From a virus (lineage: Duplodnaviria; Caudoviricetes), in IMG/VR virus record IMGVR_UViG_3300034147_000008, positions 1 to 27,516 of that record: DNA of 27,516 nt. One strand, written 5' to 3'. Below, piece after piece: positions 25,289-27,516 of this stretch. The notes under the pieces were generated by a model. The model was given only the letters and a program-made list of their open reading frames with translations, was not told the DNA's origin and did no database searches. The position numbers and the translations under genes were made by a program. Position 1 is the first letter of the stretch. Each line of letters opens with the position of its first letter.

Positions 25289-25605
25289 ACCGTGACACTC
25301 CCTTGGAACGTGACCTCTAGCGGACGGTCGAACACGGGAATTGGCTCTCCTGCGGACACTCGTTTGAGATCCATGTAGCCACTGCTTGCCTCAATATCGC
25401 CAGTGATGGTATTGTCAATAGTCAACACAAGCTCACCATCAGTGCCATCTGTCGCAAACTCAACATCCCACGTCATGATCAATGCCGAACTCTGGTCTGG
25501 TCCTGAGCGAATCTCGCTGGTGATCGTGTCATCAGAGACATCAATTCCAAGACCAATTGTGATAACGTTGGTCCTCCCCTTGTGGACAACGATTTCGCTA
25601 CTCAT
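25285..25605 (-). CDS. Small beta-sandwich virion protein (BppU-N/LtfC-like fibre anchor)
   Basis: 106 aa, beta-rich (TITSEIR...DGELVLTID...GYMDLKRV). ATGA-type overlap with the collagen fibre gene. Family is inferred. Confidence 0.55.
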   Translation of the reverse strand: MSSEIVVHKGRTNVITIGLGIDVSDDTITSEIRSGPDQSSALIMTWDVEFATDGTDGELVLTIDNTITGDIEASSGYMDLKRVSAGEPIPVFDRPLEVTFQGSVTV

Positions 25606-25614
25606 TTTGGCTCC

Positions 25615-25848
25615 TTACTTCGTTGCTCGGCTCGTCTTTGGCGGCCAAAGGGCTGCTAGAACTTCGGTGTAATACTCTTCGATAGACGTGTTTGTTGGTG
25701 GTAATACTGCAACGGCGAAGCCTTTGTCAGTGTGAATGACCAAAAAATGCCCATGTTCACCAACTTCTACCCGAAGACAGACGACGCTATTAGCATCAAT
25801 TCTTACTGGGTATGGGCCAGGAATGTCTACAAACTTTGGAACGGTCAT
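25615..25848 (-). CDS. Hypothetical protein, 77 aa
   Basis: AGGAG RBS; tightly packed in the operon; no recognised motif. Confidence 0.6.
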   Translation of the reverse strand: MTVPKFVDIPGPYPVRIDANSVVCLRVEVGEHGHFLVIHTDKGFAVAVLPPTNTSIEEYYTEVLAALWPPKTSRATK

Positions 25849-25865
25849 CTAATTCTCCTATAACG

Positions 25866-26309
25866 TTATGGCTTAAGCCAGAAATTGAGTTCTTCTTCCC
25901 CCCATTGGAGCAAGACTCGATCGAATGCTATTGCTGGTGGGATCTCCATCCCAAGTTTGAATGACCCTCTTGGGCCGATCGTAACGTGTGGGTTGTACGG
26001 CCAGTCAGACTGATTCCACGACACAACGCTCTGTCTCATACGCATAAGTTGTGGCGTAGCCCTGACTTTGATTACCTCAACCTCTTCCCCTTCTACACCA
26101 AAGACATCCAATCCATCTGTGTACAGTTGAATCGTAGAATGCTCCATGGCGATAGAGGCCGTGCTCTTGGCCAAGGAGTTGAAGTCTGTTGGTCTCAACT
26201 CCCCCTTCTTGCCGGCATAGACAAGAGTAAGATGCGGAAGAGAGAGCGTAGACCAGTCGCTTGTGATTGGTCGAAGGGCGACCATGACCCCTTGTGTATG
26301 TTCGTCCAT
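25866..26309 (-). CDS. 2H phosphoesterase (2'-5' RNA ligase / Acb1-like family)
   Basis: Two HxT motifs (PHLTLVY, PHVTIG) about 83 aa apart in a 147-aa protein; AAGGAGAGG RBS. Confidence 0.85.
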   Translation of the reverse strand: MDEHTQGVMVALRPITSDWSTLSLPHLTLVYAGKKGELRPTDFNSLAKSTASIAMEHSTIQLYTDGLDVFGVEGEEVEVIKVRATPQLMRMRQSVVSWNQSDWPYNPHVTIGPRGSFKLGMEIPPAIAFDRVLLQWGEEELNFWLKP

Positions 26310-26359
26310 TACCTCTCCTTCCTGTTCGGTCTATTAGATTAGTATTACGACCTACATCA

Positions 26360-26575
26360 TCAGGCGTCTGGGATGATCCCGCTACTCCTCAGAGCCACGA
26401 GAATGGCAGCAATGGCTGTGCGAAGCGCAACCACTTCCGCTTGGACGTACGATGCACCCGGCGAAGCCGGAGTCGCAATCGCAGTGTTCTCTGCATCGAC
26501 GCCATCGAGGCGTTCGTCAACGACGCCCTCGTGAGCATCCTGATGCAGAACGTTGTCGCTGTCTGATTGACTCAT
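26360..26575 (-). CDS. Head fibre / capsid decoration-like protein
   Basis: C-terminal AEVVALRTAIAAILVALRSSGII resembles the phage head-fibre trimerisation helix. GC3-rich codons like the capsid gene; AAAGGA RBS. Confidence 0.6.
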   Translation of the reverse strand: MSQSDSDNVLHQDAHEGVVDERLDGVDAENTAIATPASPGASYVQAEVVALRTAIAAILVALRSSGIIPDA

Positions 26576-26608
26576 GTCATTCCTTTGTTTGTTGTGTTTT
26601 GCTACTCA

Positions 26609-27433
26609 TTATGACCATCTGGTATAGAAATCGAACTCTAACATTGCATCCCAGATCTCGAACAGTTTGTCAGAGTAGATTCCATCGATAGGCCCATCCC
26701 AGACGCCCCATCGTTGAAGATCTCTCTGAACTGACTTAACTCCTCCAGTGTACGGTGGATCGCCTCTGGTGCGTGCACCGAAGTAGTTGTCTAGTCCTCC
26801 TGGGTAACGTCCGTCCTCTTTGAGAATCCGCTGAAGCTGATTGACTCGACCTTCTTTGTAGGAGTCGCCATACTTCAACACTGGAAGCGGCAGTCTGGTA
26901 ACGTAGAGCAGAGGTGGCTCTGGCAACTGACCAACGTTCATTCTTTCTTGCTTCATTCTCCAATAAGGAGAATTGACTGGGTCAAGGATTCCTTCCTTCG
27001 GCCCTACCACAGCGATCATCTCTGCCAGCCCAATAGTTGCTGCAGTCCTTGGCGCACCGGGATACCCATAAGCCCATGGGCGGAACGGGTTCGTTGAATT
27101 AGCTCTGGCATACTCCAAAGATTTGGATGATGCGTACAATGGATCAAGCCATTGGAACGGATCAAGAGTACTGTACCTAGGGTCGGTGTCACTGGTCTTG
27201 CGCTTGGAGGGCCAAGGACCATTGACGTCGTTCATCATCTCCCAGCCCCAGTCGATTCCGCCTTGCGGATTCAGGGACGCTGGTCTATAGTTACCAGTAT
27301 CAAGACGTGACTCGACATTGTTAAGAGCAAGTCTCTCATAAATCTGGTCTCCTGGTTGGGAGATCCAGCCTAGATAGGCTAAGATGTAAGCACCTTCCTT
27401 CGGAAGCAAAAGAATTCTACCTTGAATAGGCAT
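26609..27433 (-). CDS. Lysozyme-like / lytic transglycosylase domain + peptidoglycan-binding domain protein
   Basis: Catalytic-like VES, G.DWGWEMMND (variant of GLxQIN), LDP...A and FRPW; C-terminal LKYGD...VNQLQRIL...GGLDNYFG.RT...DGPIDGIY. AAAGGAG RBS. Confidence 0.7.
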   Translation of the reverse strand: MPIQGRILLLPKEGAYILAYLGWISQPGDQIYERLALNNVESRLDTGNYRPASLNPQGGIDWGWEMMNDVNGPWPSKRKTSDTDPRYSTLDPFQWLDPLYASSKSLEYARANSTNPFRPWAYGYPGAPRTAATIGLAEMIAVVGPKEGILDPVNSPYWRMKQERMNVGQLPEPPLLYVTRLPLPVLKYGDSYKEGRVNQLQRILKEDGRYPGGLDNYFGARTRGDPPYTGGVKSVQRDLQRWGVWDGPIDGIYSDKLFEIWDAMLEFDFYTRWS

Positions 27434-27516
27434 GACGGTTGCTCCTTTCTTTAGGGTCTTTAGGGGTCTTAAAGCAGAAAAGTTGTGCCAAAAGTCCCCC
27501 CGGAGCTTTTTCCAGG

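Overview
The window holds the virion morphogenesis and lysis arm of a long-tailed dsDNA phage (siphovirus), with every credible gene on the minus strand. Gene order and motifs resemble the actinobacteriophage group with a fused protease/major-capsid gene, HGVxGMKWGVR proteins and two tail-tube paralogues (similar to clusters AM/AU/BI/CC/DJ). This assignment comes from recalled family features, not a database search. In transcription order (27433 to 273): lytic transglycosylase-like protein with a PG-binding domain, head-fibre-like protein, 2H phosphoesterase, collagen/LRR fibre, M15 endolysin, probable small terminase, HNH, CW_7 protein, head-tail connector, four small fibre genes, terminase, portal, protease-capsid fusion, head/tail completion genes, two tail-tube paralogues, HxH fibre, tape measure, Dit, Gp37-like hub and holin. 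After the holin an array of promoter-gene-terminator cassettes begins. The main candidate novelties are: (1) a five-gene 'daisy chain' in which the end of each protein appears matched to the start of the next, possibly a modular neck fibre; (2) a recurring hydrophobic-x-His motif shared by the capsid precursor and basic HGVRGMKWGVR proteins, a possible capsid-cargo or maturation signal; (3) four copies of a 29-bp promoter-like motif; (4) a stand-alone Acb1-like 2H phosphoesterase. No tRNA, rRNA, CRISPR array or integrase was seen.
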